From Utricularia gibba (taxonomy: Eukaryota; Plantae; Magnoliophyta): DNA of 64,000 bases. Positions 25,419 through 38,810 of the stretch are shown in pieces. A program made the translations under genes and the position numbers. The stretch covers positions 3,100,001-3,164,000 of the forward strand of contig CM007990.1 of assembly GCA_002189035.1 (NCBI GenBank). The letters run 5' to 3'. Every line of letters starts with the position of its first letter. The first letter of the stretch is position 1. The notes below the pieces were generated by a model. That model ran no database searches. It was not told where the DNA came from and was given only the letters and a program-made list of their open reading frames with translations.

Positions 25419-26820
25419 TGATGAAACACATTTTTCCTGAAATTCATAATGCAAAATAGTTATATTTTATTATGCTTTAGGTTAGATAAATGTGGTTTTT
25501 CATGCTTTGGTGATGTTTATGTTAATCCTATGTGATTATGTCGAAAAGTGGACTAAATCCTTTGATTTAGACCACAACTCTTGTTACTGATGTTTCAGTA
25601 ATTTCAGCAGGGAGATGAGCCGAAAATCAGACTTGCAAGCGTGTAAAACAAGCGAAAAAGGGCGAAAAATCCGGAGAAGGACAAAGGGCATTGTTCTGCT
25701 GCCACCGCAGTCTGCAAGTTCAGGCAAGGAGTAGTACTGGCGGTCAGGAACAGTGCAATGGAGTGAAGCAAAAGAAAAGGAAATTAATTCGGAAAAAAGA
25801 GAGGGAGCACGAAGAAGCGAACAGCTAGGGGGATGCAAAGGGGGTCTTCTTCCCCAACGGGAGAAACACCAACCGGAGGGGGGAAGGGAGGCCTTCATCA
25901 TTAAGAACAGCACCGGAGCCCAGCCCAGCACTACTGTTCAAGGCTGTGAACAGTAGATAGCGGGCGGAAAAACATTATCTATTTGCTTTCTATTTTTCTG
26001 AACATTTCAAGTTTCTGCATTTGACTGGTTACAATGTTTCTGCCATTTTGGCCAGCTTATGTGAATGAAATCGTGTTTTATTTCCAAAGCATGAGTGGCT
26101 AAAGTCTTAGAGATGCCTTAAGGTGAAGGGGTGTGGTGTGTGCTTAGGGTTAATGATGAAATTTATGTGTATTCCTCAACTCTTGTTTCTAACAAACCAT
26201 GGATAGACCTAAGGAGGGAAACAAGTAGTTTCACAACTTAGAAGCTTGGTTTAGAGGTAGACCAACAAACCAAGATGGGAGCAGTCGGTGTTAGTCCAAG
26301 GTAGAACCTGTAGAACCGGGTAGACCTAGTTCTATATACCTTGCATGCGGGTAGACCTAATTGCAATATTGGTTATGATATTGGGGATTAGCTTAAACCA
26401 AAAATATGATGAATGACCTGGGTAGACCTAGGTTATTCGAGGTTGTGAGTGTAGGAAGATAGAAAATTAAGTTAGGAACCTTAGTATGGCACCACCTGCA
26501 GATCCTTAAGGCATCCTCGTATTAGTCTGAGTCAAAACCAGTACCTGTTACCTTAGCGTAGAAACCTGATATTGCTTACCTACCTTGTTTACTGAACTTG
26601 TTTACCACTGTTAGTCCGAGCTTAGACTAAGACCTACTGTTATCCGAAATTATGCATGTACTAAAACACTTAGCAAGCACAAGCTTTTCGTGATCGACCT
26701 CAATATCCACTATACAAGTTTTCCAAATTTGTATTTTGTGTAGATTAAGGATTATAAATTTATCTGATACGGATTTTCTATTTTTATTTGCAACAATATT
26801 AGGAAAATTTCCGTTTATCA
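25419..26820 (+). mobile_element. Solo LTR, family A copy 2 (1402 bp)
   Basis: tgatgaaacacattt...ccgtttatca; TSD ggtgc/gctgc (4 of 5 match); inserted after the CRM protease region. Confidence 0.88.
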
Positions 26821-26939
26821 GCTGCTATATGTGGTAAAATGGGAGCAAGGCACTAGTGATCATGAATGAATTTAAGATAACATCTCTGGATGAACTACTG
26901 TTGTATGTCATTTTCTTAACAAATTTTAATTTAGAAAAA

Positions 26940-28212
26940 TGTAAAACATAAAAGTGTAGTACAAGTGTCAATCTCAGGGAGTTGAATTTTGCGTAAGTGT
27001 TTTTGTACTATACTTTTACAAATTATCATGGGTTTGTAAAAGGGATTTTTGAAATACAGAAATAAAAAATACAACACAAGTAATCGACCTTAACTATGGG
27101 ACGCAATTCCCGAGAAATGGACTCCATTTCCTTCTTTTGTCTATCCTTGCCTCGGCTTTCATTGATTCCTTGTGAATTGTTTGTTATTGGAGCAAGCAAT
27201 AGCCTACTCTCCCTTACACTCTGATTGACAAGGAGGCACGGGAATAGCCTCATGTGGTTCTTCCTCGGACAATTGAAGAGGATTGTTGTCGATTGCCTTT
27301 AAAACTGAATTTTGCACATGCGCCCAACTGTTACCAATGACCAGTGGCGGGTATGAGGTCACAACTCATCCACTGTCGTAGTACCTCAATAAAAAACAAT
27401 TCGCTACTTCCCTCAAACCGGTAGGGTTGGAGATGGTGATCTTCACCAAAATCCGCAAGGAGTGGCCTGCTACTTATGGATCATGACTACGAGATGTTAG
27501 AGAAAGACTGTAACACGACGCTTGGAAATATGCGAAATCGAGAATGAATTCAGCAAAGAACCGAGATTGATGCCCAAGGTATGGAAGAAAACTTCATCTA
27601 TTCTGAGAAACTAAAAAGGTTTAGCCACGAATGGCCATGAAAACAGAAAACAGAAAAAAAAAAAAAAAAGCTAAGGTGTTCTTCCTCCCTTGGTGGAGAG
27701 GAAGAACTAAAAGTTCGAAGTCTAGAGACAAAGTGTGAAAAAGGTTCAATAAAAAAAGAAGTCCGAAAAAGATTGTTCCAAGTAGATTTTAAGCCACTCC
27801 TCAAGTAAATTAACTTCTTCTGCTCCCCTTCTATCATTCTTTCTGTCTTGCGTGCACCACCAACTTTTCCATGCGTGCAAGCAAGTGCCCAATCATTGTT
27901 GCAGACTCTAACATGTCATAAGTCAAGGGTCATGACTAGTGTCAGTCTTCCACCCACAATTGACGCAAGTCACGTTCAAGGCCTGGAATGTCAGTGTTGG
28001 GTCTCCTGCAACTCCAAGTCTAGCTCTCAACATTTTAGGTGAGAGTGCATGAAAAAAGACAACAAAATATATAAAAAATACAAAAATATGATTTTTCTAA
28101 GAAAATAGAATATTTATTAATATAACTCCTAATTTGGACAACCTAATACCTAATTAATACGTAGTAATACATAAGAAATAAGTAGTAAATGACACTTAAA
28201 AACTACCTAACA
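26940..28212 (-). mobile_element. Ty3 LTR-like insertion of a different family, approximate bounds
   Basis: Non-coding block between the CRM protease and RT remnants, ending ...gacacttaaaactacctaaca (minus-strand start TGTTAG) and containing an aatcgacc motif like the other LTR ends. Confidence 0.4.
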
Positions 28213-29619
28213 TTTGACCACCTTTCACGAAATCCAGCATCAAATTGACCTCATATTCGGGGCAATATTACCTAATTGCCCCCATTATCGGTTGAGCCTA
28301 CTGAGCATGCTGAAATCCAGAGACATCTAGAAGACTTGTTGGGAAAGGGCATATACAAGAGAGTCTAAGCTCCTATTCTGTTCCTGCAATTTTGATACCA
28401 AAGAAGGAGGGTACGTGGTGGTGCATGTGGATGGACAGTAGGGCGACCAACAAGATTATAGTTTGGTATCATTTTCCAATTCCCCAGTTGGATGATCTTC
28501 TGGACTAGATTCAAGAATCCACAATTTTTACCAAATTTGGTTTGAAAAGAGGCTATAAATAGATTCGCATATGGTCTGATGATGAATGAAGTATAGTGTT
28601 CAAGACATGAGAGAGTCTGTACGAGTGGCTGGTCATGCCCTTTGGTCTCTCAAATGTACTGAGCTCCTTTGGTCTGTACTGATGCTTCTAAGTTTGTCAT
28701 TTGTTTTTCAAGAAAATTTATCAGCTTCATGGATTGTCAATGTCTATTGTATTTGACTAGGACACTCCATCGATCATTTTTTGCATAGATTATGGAAGCT
28801 CACTAGCACAACCCTGCATTTTAGTTTGATGTGGCACCCGGAAACCAATGATCAAAATGAATTGGTAAATAAATCCTTAGGTAATGTGTTGTGGTGTCTC
28901 GTTGCTAGTGATTGCAAATCTTGGGGCATTGTGCTGAGTAGAGCCGAATTTGCACACAATCACGCGAGTAACTGCATCCATGGGCTTTAGACCATTCTGG
29001 GTGGTGTATTCTCTGTTGGTGCAGCCATGTCGATCTTACCTCCTTAGCTGATCCAGCACGCCTTCATGGTAAAGTTGGGGAGTTTGTTGCCTGAATACAA
29101 TAGACCAATGATGTCATTACACGAAGAATTACACCAGCGAATGATTACTATAAGCAACTAGCCGACAGAAGGAAGCACTATCACTAGACATTGCTGGGTA
29201 CTTGAATGTTGAGTTTTTCCAACACTAAATTACTGTGTGTTTTCAAGGTTGGCATGTGATGTGGTGGTAGGGATTATTGGGTGTTACGCATCCTCACCTC
29301 TTATTTGTTGTTGTTACAAGTTGTTGTTTATTGCCGTTTTGATAATTATGATGGAATCCTTGTTGTGACTTGAGTTATGCGTTACTTCGGTTTCTATTAT
29401 TCCCTGGTACTTTGAGCATAAAGTGACTCCTTGTTTCGAGCATATCTATCATTCAAGACAGGTTTTGCCAATTGCTCATATTGGTTAGTGCTCCCACTGT
29501 TAATCCACTCAAAACTCCATGAAAAACATAGTTTTTCGACCTCCTATTTGAGGACTCATGCAACAAATATCAAAATATAATATGTAGAGATGAATCTCAT
29601 TTCGGTCTTTTTGTCTTTT

Positions 29620-30090
29620 CATGGCACACATTTTCTTAGCATTTTATAATACAAAATCATCATGTTTCGTAATGATTTAGGTTGTGTTTGTGCAGTTTTT
29701 CATGTTTTGTATGTTGATTAGTTTAATTTCAATTTACGTCTGAAAGTGGCCTAAATCATTTGATTTATTCCACCTTGTGTTATTGATATTTAATTGAGTC
29801 TAGCGAGAGAATGAATAGCAAATCAAAATGAAAGATATGTGGAGAAAAAGGAGCTTTATTGGAGAGCTTGAATGACAACTAGGAAGAACACAACAAACAG
29901 AGAAAAAAGATGATTTTCAGAAGAAAAACCTCCAATGTGAAGAACATACATGAATTCCAATTCAGCACTGCTATTGCAATAAATGAACAATAGCATATAG
30001 AAAATAGAACATTTTACTCTGTCTTTTGTTTCCTAAATATTTAGTTTCTTTGACTACTTTCCCTACAATGTTTAAGATATTGTTTAATAA
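29620..30090 (+). mobile_element. Truncated family-B-like LTR fragment
   Basis: Similar to 22900-23410 (gtggcctaaatcatttgatt, gtgaagaaca...cagttcagc.ct.ctatt). Confidence 0.5.
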
Positions 30091-30149
30091 TAAGATTCTT
30101 AAGAGATTCAATATGTGGTCATCAGCTATTAGGAGTTCAATATGAGCAG

Positions 30150-31005
30150 ATTTTTTTTTTCTAATCTAAGGAATTATCATTGGTCTATGGTAAAATGGAT
30201 TTTCATATATCTATGAGAATCATCAAGCATATGTTTATGCTTTGGAAATAATGAGCCTATATTGAAAGGATACATAGATGCTCACTTAGTTGATGATGCT
30301 GATTGTCGAAAATCAGCATCGGTATATCCAATTGCATTCTTAGGAAGAGCTGTGTCTTGGTAGTCAAGACTGCAAAAGCGTGTTGTTGTATCTTTGAAAA
30401 AAAAATTGCAGTTATTGAGGCTTGTAAGAAACTACAATGGATAAAGTAGTTCTTGCGAGAATTTGGTATGAAACAGAGGAAGTATAAATTATTTTGTCAT
30501 AGTTAGAGTGCTATACATCTGGCCTCATTTCACTTGAGATTGAATCATATTGATCAACGCTATCACTTGATTAAAGATGTGCTGTAGGAAAAGTACCTAT
30601 ATTTAGAGAAGATCATACTAAAGAAAACGGATCAGATATAATGACGGAGATACTTCCAAAAGAAAACTATGAATTATGCATAAGAGTCATTGGATTAACC
30701 CATTTACCTATATGAGAGGAAAAATTAATGGGTGGATCCCCCACATGATGCCCATATCAATTAAAAAAAAGATAAAATGAAACATACGGTTGGCATTGCC
30801 ATTCAAACTATCAAGGTTGGATGGCAATTCATCTCTATAAATAGAGGGGAACTCTCCCACAATAGAAGGACCGCAGCATCTCCTCCCAAACCCCAATATC
30901 TCAAGATTGATCATCTTATCGATCAAGTCTCGAGTGAAGTATATAGGAACTCTGCTTATTTTGAGAGTAGAATAGATAAAGAAGAATAATAGTATTGTTT
31001 CCAAT
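30150..31005 (+). mobile_element. Ty1/copia RNase H remnant and probable 3' LTR
   Basis: GYIDAHLVDDADCRKSAS...AVSW*SRLQKRVVV at 30268-30390; downstream ctataaatagagg TATA typical of a copia LTR (~30835). Confidence 0.6.
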
Positions 31006-31793
31006 TTATGTCACTTGTCTAATAAAATTTTCAGGAGTAGAAAAAGAGGGTAAAACCCAATAATTTATTAAAATAAATTCATTTTTTTTCAATAAATAAT
31101 GAATTTTCTTGGAGTTGGATGTGGATGTAATTTTTATTTTGTGGTGAATTACGTAAACTTTTGATAGATATTTTCTTAATTTTGTAATCAATTTATTATT
31201 TAGTATCAAAGGGGTAGTGGGTAACTCTTTCTAGAGGGACAGCATGTGATTTGGAGCCATTAATTTCTCCCAAATCCTTGGGAGCCACTTGAACTCCCAC
31301 AATTCAATTCTCCGGATATCAACAAGATCAAGTCGTTAAAAAACCATGCTGCCCAAACCCCAAATTGTGAAGTCTCTTTGCAACACCTCTAAATTCAGTC
31401 CATAAACAATCTTTAAGCAATCTAATTCATGTTTTCTATTTACTTGACATGCTGCATTTTATGAACCACTACCCTCCTCAAAAATGGCACCAACGGCTAA
31501 TTTCTTTCCTAGCAAAGGAGTTAGTGAAAAAGTCCACATTCTATGCAGCCAAATTTATAAAGTAATTGTATGAGAGGAACCACATTTATTAATATCTAAG
31601 TTTAGTTTAACAAGTTTTGAAAAAAAAATATTTGCAATATAACTGAGGTTTAAATACAATAATATATTACGTGCACTTATTGATAATTGTTTTTTTGTTA
31701 TTTATATTTATGATATTCAAAAACTTTTTAAATTGTTCTACATCTATTTTATTTAGTTTTTTTTTATATTTTTAACATAACTTTTATATCTTT

Positions 31794-33501
31794 TGATGGT
31801 GATTCTGCAAGTGAACAGAAATCGTCGAAGTAATAAAATAAGATCGTATCCACAGGCAATTGTTATTGGAATTTTCTTTTCAAACAAAGACTCAAAAAGA
31901 CCGAAAACAAAAGAAAAATTTGGTTTTAAAAACAAAAAGAAAAGTGGCATTGAACCTTGGATCCATCTTGCTCAAAACTCGCCCAAACTTGTGTGTGTAA
32001 ACCTTAAAGACTGACCTGCTTGCGCAAGTTTTGGGGTGTTTATTTAAAATAGTGCTACTCGATGACCGTTATAGCACCGTTCCTTGTTTTGTGGGATTAT
32101 GGAATCAACCACGCCACCAGAGCCATTTCACCTCTTGTTAACCCATATTTTCCCCACACCCAAATCTAATCCTTACACCTCACACCTCGCAGACAAATTA
32201 GACAGAATATGCCTTACCAACGATGTCCGATTGAGCCCTTCTCCTTAGGTGCTTGAGGCCAACCTTTGATTGTCTCACACTCCCTTCGGGTTATGTGATA
32301 CTAAAGAGCACGTTGGTAAAGAAAACATTGTGAAAAACAGAATCAAACCTTATTACTTGATTTTGTGTCGTTCCAAAAAATGTTCTTCCACTACTCTTAA
32401 GTGTTGTTTTTACATATCTTAGACTCAACTTTCTCATTACTTTCAATTGATTTTGTATCTTTCACATTACTCTGATCTTTTTGCAGAAAAAGTGTATTTT
32501 ATGGATTTTTAGGGTATTTGTGGATCAATTTGAGAAGAAATCAAGACCCACCAAATTATGGACTTGATGGGCCATGAATATCAGCCCAAGACTCGGTCAA
32601 ACGATAAAGATTTGGTCCAAGATTCATGGATAAGATAAAGATATGAAGATGATCTTCAAAAATTTGGATAAAAGATTTGGATAGACGATATTATCCAAGC
32701 CTATCAAACAAGCCTAATACGAAGACTTAGATCTATTTTCCTATACATACTACACTATCTCAACCATTAGAGACGTCCTTTGATAATTTTTCCTTTGTAT
32801 TTTTCCTATTTTCATGTCTATTTTCATGTTAGAGTCGAGTCTGCATGTATAAGCGCTTGTGGCTAAGGATCTGTGGTAAAGCTTTGCTTGCACAAGTCCT
32901 GAGCCTATAACTACTTTACTATATTTTTCGACATTTAAATTGAGGTTTGATTCTGTTTTTCGCAATATATTCGTTACCAACGTGCTCTTTAGTATCACAT
33001 AACCTGAAGGGAGTGTGAGAGACTTAAAGGTTGGCCTCAAGCACCTAAAGAAAAGGGTTCAATCAGACATCGTTGGTAAGACATATTCTATCTAATCTGT
33101 CTGTGAGGTGTGAGGTGTAGGGGTTAAATTTGGATGTGGGGAAAACATGGGTTATCACAAGAGGTGAAATGGCTCTGGTGGCGTGGTTGATTCCATAATC
33201 CCACAAAACAAGGGATGGTGCTATAACGGTTAACGAGTAGCACTATTTTAGAATAACACCCCTAAAGTTTGCACAAGTAGATCAGTCTTCAAGGTTTGCA
33301 TACATGTAAGGGACGAGTTTTGAGTAAGGTGGATCTTCGATCCAAAGCCACTTTTCTTATTGTTTTTAAACCCCAATTTTTCTTATATTTTCAGTATTTT
33401 TAAGTCTTTATTTGAAAAGAAAATTCCGATAACAATTCCCTGTGGATACGATCTTATTTTATTACTTTGTTGATTTTTGTACACTTACAGAATCACCATC
33501 A
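31794..33501. repeat. Long inverted repeat made of Ty3 LTR sequence: arms 31794-32350 and 32943-33501, 592-bp spacer
   Basis: The left arm begins tgatggtgattctgcaagtg, the reverse complement of the right arm end cacttacagaatcaccatca. The arms align co-linearly over ~557 bp at roughly 85-90% identity by eye. The spacer resembles the 5' part of the plus-strand LTR. Confidence 0.9.
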
Positions 33502-33949
33502 ATTTTTCAAGATTCGAATATAATATTTGATACAAGTTCCTTAAAAGTACTCAGAGTGTTTGAGTATGTTTAGGGCTAGAGTGGATTCGTAGATTCATTA
33601 ATTAAGGTGCATCAATTCGTGATTTGAAAAATTAGAGGTGCATTAAGGTAATTTCATTTGGTAATATTTTAATGATATTAAATTATTTTTAAAAATATTA
33701 AAATAAAGCAATTTTTTAACTAAAAAAGTAATGAAACTTGAAATATTGTTCAAAATTCTACAAATTAAAAAATCAAATATAACTAAAAAGCATCAAGTTA
33801 CTAAAAATCAAGTTTAAATTAAATAATTTAATTCAATGATCATCACTATATAATAAATTAATGCAATCAAAAAATATAGTCAATTATCTTCAATTATTGA
33901 ATATTGAGACATTATCATTCTCATTAAAAAAAGCATAATCTCTATCATT

Positions 33950-35050
33950 AGGTCATCGATTAAGAGATTAGCTATTTATGATATATCCTCATCGCCTAAT
34001 TTCACATCCGAATATTTCGATGGACTATCTTTGTAAGATGATATACTTCTAGATAGAAGTTGAAGATTGGTATATATGTAAAGTAAGTCTTCAGCCTTCT
34101 ACAATGTTAATCTGTTTCTATGCTTTCAATGTATAAAGGTATATGAACTCTAATTTCTTTAACATGCAGCTAAAGATGAAGGCTGTCCACGAATTTTCAA
34201 AACCAAGCCTAAACGTTGTAGAGATGATAAACCATGAAAGTGCCAAGAATCAATTGGTGGTAATCTATATCTGCCAGCTAATACCTTTCTAAGAATGCTG
34301 ATTTCAAGGTATGGAGGAAAGTATCAAACATTGGATTAGAAATTTTGGGATGAAGATTTATGCATTCTTCAGTTCCAATACAGTCAAAAAAATAAAAATA
34401 AAAAGATAATTAGATCAAATTAATATATCACTAATGAAATAAATGAATATATACCTTGGATTCGATACATGTGCAATAGCATGCAGAGTATTAAGGCTAT
34501 GTATCCGTCTAGCTGCAATAACATTCCAAAGCTTAGTCGTGTATTACATAGAATGACTAATATCTATTGAAAACACTTATTTTTCTACCTTTGTTATCAA
34601 AGTATCCCACATCTCAAAAATTAAATAAATAAATGATTTTTCTGTATCGAACACTAGAGTCATATTATGAAAAGACTTCAAAATATCCAAAATATAATTC
34701 ACAATAACCCACAAATTATCATCAAGAATGCTAGATCGAACCAACAAAGCTTGTGAAGCATCATCTCTTCATATATGATTTCATTCCTCAGACATGAGCA
34801 TCCTTCTTATAAAGTGATTCACCATGAAGTTTAAAGCATCTCATTATGATAGCAACTGATGCAAAGCGATTGGATGCAATTGAAGGAATTTTAGCTTCGA
34901 ATAAATTGTCCAAATAAAGCTAACATTCTTGAACATTTTGTAATAATTATTGGATCATTATGATATCACTCACAATCTCTTCAATGAATTAACAGTCATA
35001 ATGATTATCTTTGGAACATGTCCTTGATGGCAAGGTTAAGTGTAAGAAAA
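33950..35050 (-). mobile_element. Degenerate hAT transposase remnant
   Basis: Minus-strand fragments PSIASNRFAS, SILDDNLW, LNTLHAIAHVSNP and HRNRLTL*KAEDLLYIYTNLQL resemble plant hAT transposase core and C-terminal dimerisation motifs. Confidence 0.6.
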
Positions 35051-35279
35051 ATACATAGTATTCAAATATCTATTAAAAAAATAGTAATAATTCCATATCA
35101 TTAGTAAAACAATTAAAATTAATTAAAATATTTATTTATTATACAAATCACAACACCATTACTTTAGGAATCCACACCAGATTCGCTGTGCCTAAGCAAC
35201 GAATTGGCATTCATAATGATTCCAATGAATCATTCATAGTTTTCTTCAATGAATTGACATTCATAATGATTCGAATGAA

Positions 35280-35770
35280 TCAAAAGCCGAACCGGGAAGA
35301 CCGTCAGTGCCTTCGCTCCCAACTCAACGCCTAGAAAGAAAGTCAACCGCCCCGCCTTAAAGAGAGAAGCCCGGAAACCTAGATGAGAGAAGAAAGACTG
35401 CATAATAGAAAGAGTAGAGAAAGAAGGTGTTGGCTCCCTTTGGTCGCGCCTGTAAAGTAAACCAAGCTGCTATCGAAGAGCGTAGGAGAGAGATCAAAGA
35501 GTAGTCCTCTTGTGACAGACAACCTTAGAAGCGGATTCCTGTTGTGAGGCTGACTTCAGAAGTTATGCTCGTGTAGCTCTCTTTGACTCCTTATGTTGGG
35601 AGTAAGTATGAAAATACTCCTGAGGCGACAAATGCTTTCGCTCTCTCTAGGCGCAGACTGATTCTTTTCGGCCCTGAGAGCTGGGAGTATTAGAAGTATC
35701 TGGGAGAGCGGTTCACTCGTCAGATTGATGGAGTCGTCCGAGTGCCGATTGATCCTCCTACTCACACACT
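35280..35770. other. Probable organellar (mitochondrial-like) DNA insertion, NUMT candidate
   Basis: Abrupt GC-richer, CpG-retaining, purine-run-rich non-coding block within AT-rich flanks, resembling plant mitochondrial intergenic DNA. Based on composition only. Confidence 0.4.
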
Positions 35771-38269
35771 CTTGATCACCACAAAATTCTAGGGAAATGT
35801 GATAGACTTTAGATTGGCCTCAAGTATCTAAAAAAAAGTATTTAATTGGAAATCATTGGCAAGAAATATTCTGCCTAATTTGCTTATAAGGATGTGAGAT
35901 GTAGAAGTTATGATTGGATAGGAAGAAAACATAAGTTATCATGGGAAGTGAAATAATTTTGTTGATGTGATTCATTCTATAATCCCACAAAATAAAGTTG
36001 ATCAACAGTTATCGATTAATATTACTTGAGAATGATACTACAAGAATTTGCGCCAGTGACTATTTCCTTTAGGTTTACATACACACACACAAAGAAAACT
36101 TCTTGATGGTAGAGTTTTGATCTAAAATCACTTTTCTATTTTATTTAAAACCTATTTTTGGGTTGTCATTTTTTTTTCGAATTGTTTTTAACAAAATTTA
36201 AATCATCAATTTTTCATATGATCTTTGTTTATTATTTTGATCATCTCTATACACCTGTATAATTTTCATTAATTATTCAAAAAAACACGCACTCTACAAA
36301 AACTAAGGTATTGAGTACAATCTATTTGTTTAAAAAAAATTGTACTCAGTAGCAACATACACATTAAACTAAATGCGATAGTTTGAATTAATTTGTTGAA
36401 ATTCTATCACGTGTAGCCTATTTAGTAAAAAAAATGCATGGAATCCTATTCCCTATGTGTTATTTAGTTTACATTGAAATAACAGTTCTGCTTAGTATGA
36501 GGCTCCTTCTCATATTTTACCATGGGTACTAGGCCTTTAATGAAAAGGCTGCTCTCGCGAAGAAGAGGAAAAGAATGGAAGGAAGATGCTTCAGAGAAGG
36601 CAGCTGTTAAGTGTTTTTTTGTAAGTGTTTATTATATATTATTATAATAGAGTGGATAAATTAAATATAGATATAATTGATAAAGTGGATAAATTAAATA
36701 GAGAGTAATTTTGAGATTCATATTAATTAAACTCAATATAAAAAGTTTGATATAAATAAGATTTGAGAATATATATATCTATTATATTGTTATGAGATAA
36801 GATCTTTATCGAGATTTGATTAGATATGTTATCAAATATCTATATAAGATAATAAAAAAAATTCGATCTCTAGAATTTCTCAAAAATTTTAAACTCTACT
36901 ACTATTCTGACATATGATGTCTACGAGAAACATCACCATACAAAAGCAGATATGCAACATGTCCATCACATAACACCACACGTACACAAATGCAGTGCTG
37001 GCCTAACATGCAACCTATGTTTTCAAAGTGTACACTAACCATGCCTAGCACCGCACTCGTGTATATACAATACTTCTAATCAGCATACATCTGCTCCGCA
37101 TCAACATAAATGGTTGTAAATGGTTGTGTAAATGAACAACATAGTCATCAAAAAATTTACAGAGTGATGAAGCATGCATCACCCGCCCAAAAGTTAGGAA
37201 CTTTTTAAACAAACCAAAAGTACACACAAACCTTCTTGTCTACTAGAAGCAAAGTACAAAAGCCTAATGTTTCAAGGATTGGTGCCAGATGTGAGACTAC
37301 GGACAATTAGCTCATTCTCACAATCTATTGATGCAAGAGAGAAATCCAACCTGGATTTGAGCTGATCATTTCTGCAATATTGAAGCATTGGAAGGTGAAT
37401 AGTGGTAGAGGCACACCTCTCACAAACTCTACAGCTATCCTTTGCTTCTTGGCCACTTACGAGCTTGCTGCACCATTGTTGACCCCAGTCGATGCAGCTC
37501 TACACAGGTTTGCACATTCATAACCTCCATTTGGCGTAGAAATACTATGTGTCCATTGAGGAACCGCACACTTTTTGCAAGATGCTCACCCTCGTAAACT
37601 CTTTTGTGGGACTCAAAGTCCACCTATCTGGCGTAACACGAACACCCTCTAAACCACTAGGGAATGGGTCATTCAATGTCTGCATAAGATAAGTTAGTAT
37701 CATGTCCCATAGGTTCCAGATCAAAGGGTATTTTGACTGCACTGAAGATATGTCCACATTTTCAGCCACCACTTCTGCAAATTTTCTCTTCCTAGACGCA
37801 CTTACGAAGCTAATGGAATTATCCTCATCATACTTCCAATTTGCTTGGTTTTCTTACCAGAATGTACAAATGGGCTCGATATATCAATGAATGAAGAAAA
37901 CAAAGGACCAAGGGAGAAAGGGGAAAAATATTGTTTATTTGGAAATAAAAGTGTTGGTCGGTAGAAATAGGAGGAAGAGGGAAAACAAATTATTTTGCAA
38001 ATTACATTTTTTATGGAGGAGGGTACATCAATCATTTAATATATAAATTTATACAATATCCAATTTTTTACCACGTATCAAACATGTTCCGATCTATAAC
38101 TCAAATAACTAATACCCACTAATCAAATAAGAATGATTTCCTTATTCAAGAAACATATTTATATGAATCCAAATAAAATAAACCCAAGTTAAATCACTAC
38201 TCGCATACCAAATGTCCCTTTAAAGACTGCTAGTAATGTCCATAATAAAATGTAGTGTATATTCATGAA

Positions 38270-38810
38270 AATGACGTGTTTAGATATATTTTATAATTTT
38301 TTTTAAATAGATGATATTTACAAAAGGTTTATAAAATATATGATGTTTAGTTTTAATTTGTAAAATAGATGAATTTTGAAATTTTATTAAAATAATATAT
38401 TTAATTATTAAATATTTAATAAATGTTATTAATTAAAAAAATATTATTTCCATAATATTTTAATATAATTTAAGTTATTCAATATATACTCAAAAAAGTA
38501 TTTAATGCACTGATATATTTAATTTATTTAATATAAACTAATACAGTTATTTTATTTAATTACATATTATTTTATATATTTCAAATATTAAAAGCAACTT
38601 ATTAATTTTATTAAATTAATTAAATACTGAATAATTGATTAGTTATAATTATTTCATAAGATTATTTCTTATCATCTAAATTCATAAAAAATAAAAAAAT
38701 TAAATATTTTAATAACATTATCTATTTACCAAACCAAAACATAGACTACATCTATTTATCCAATTTTTTATCAACCTCATCTATTTTTGTTTCAAAATAG
38801 ATGGTTACAT
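38270..38810. repeat. Second copy of the MITE-like repeat at 15890-16520
   Basis: Co-linear similarity at both ends. Confidence 0.6.

Larger units (their letters stand above)
22536..29450 (+). mobile_element. Decayed CRM-like Ty3/gypsy retrotransposon (gag-protease, RT, integrase remnants) with nested LTR insertions
   Basis: gag IPEFHGGLQIEEFLDW (~24230); protease NIFQS...FIIDCGSYDN...CHLLLGRPWQFD (24940-25320); RT HQIDLI...FPIPQLDDLLD...LYEWLVMPFGLSN (28240-28660); integrase HPETNDQNELVNKSLGNVLWCLV...AEFAHN (28780-28990). A ~240-bp direct repeat (22536-22773 and 29189-29430) flanks the region and may be its LTRs. Many stops, frameshifts and deletions. Confidence 0.8.

Noticed and set aside
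25584-25956. Recurring 60-115-aa ORFs in family-A LTRs (also 21906-22298 and 51274-51637)
   Set aside because: The reading frame switches between copies (REKHQPEG versus TGETPTRG), so the similarity is at DNA level without coding constraint.
36900-38000. Possible TE-derived coding remnant (minus-strand fragments such as WTLSPTKEF)
   Set aside because: Too degenerate to assign to a family by eye.
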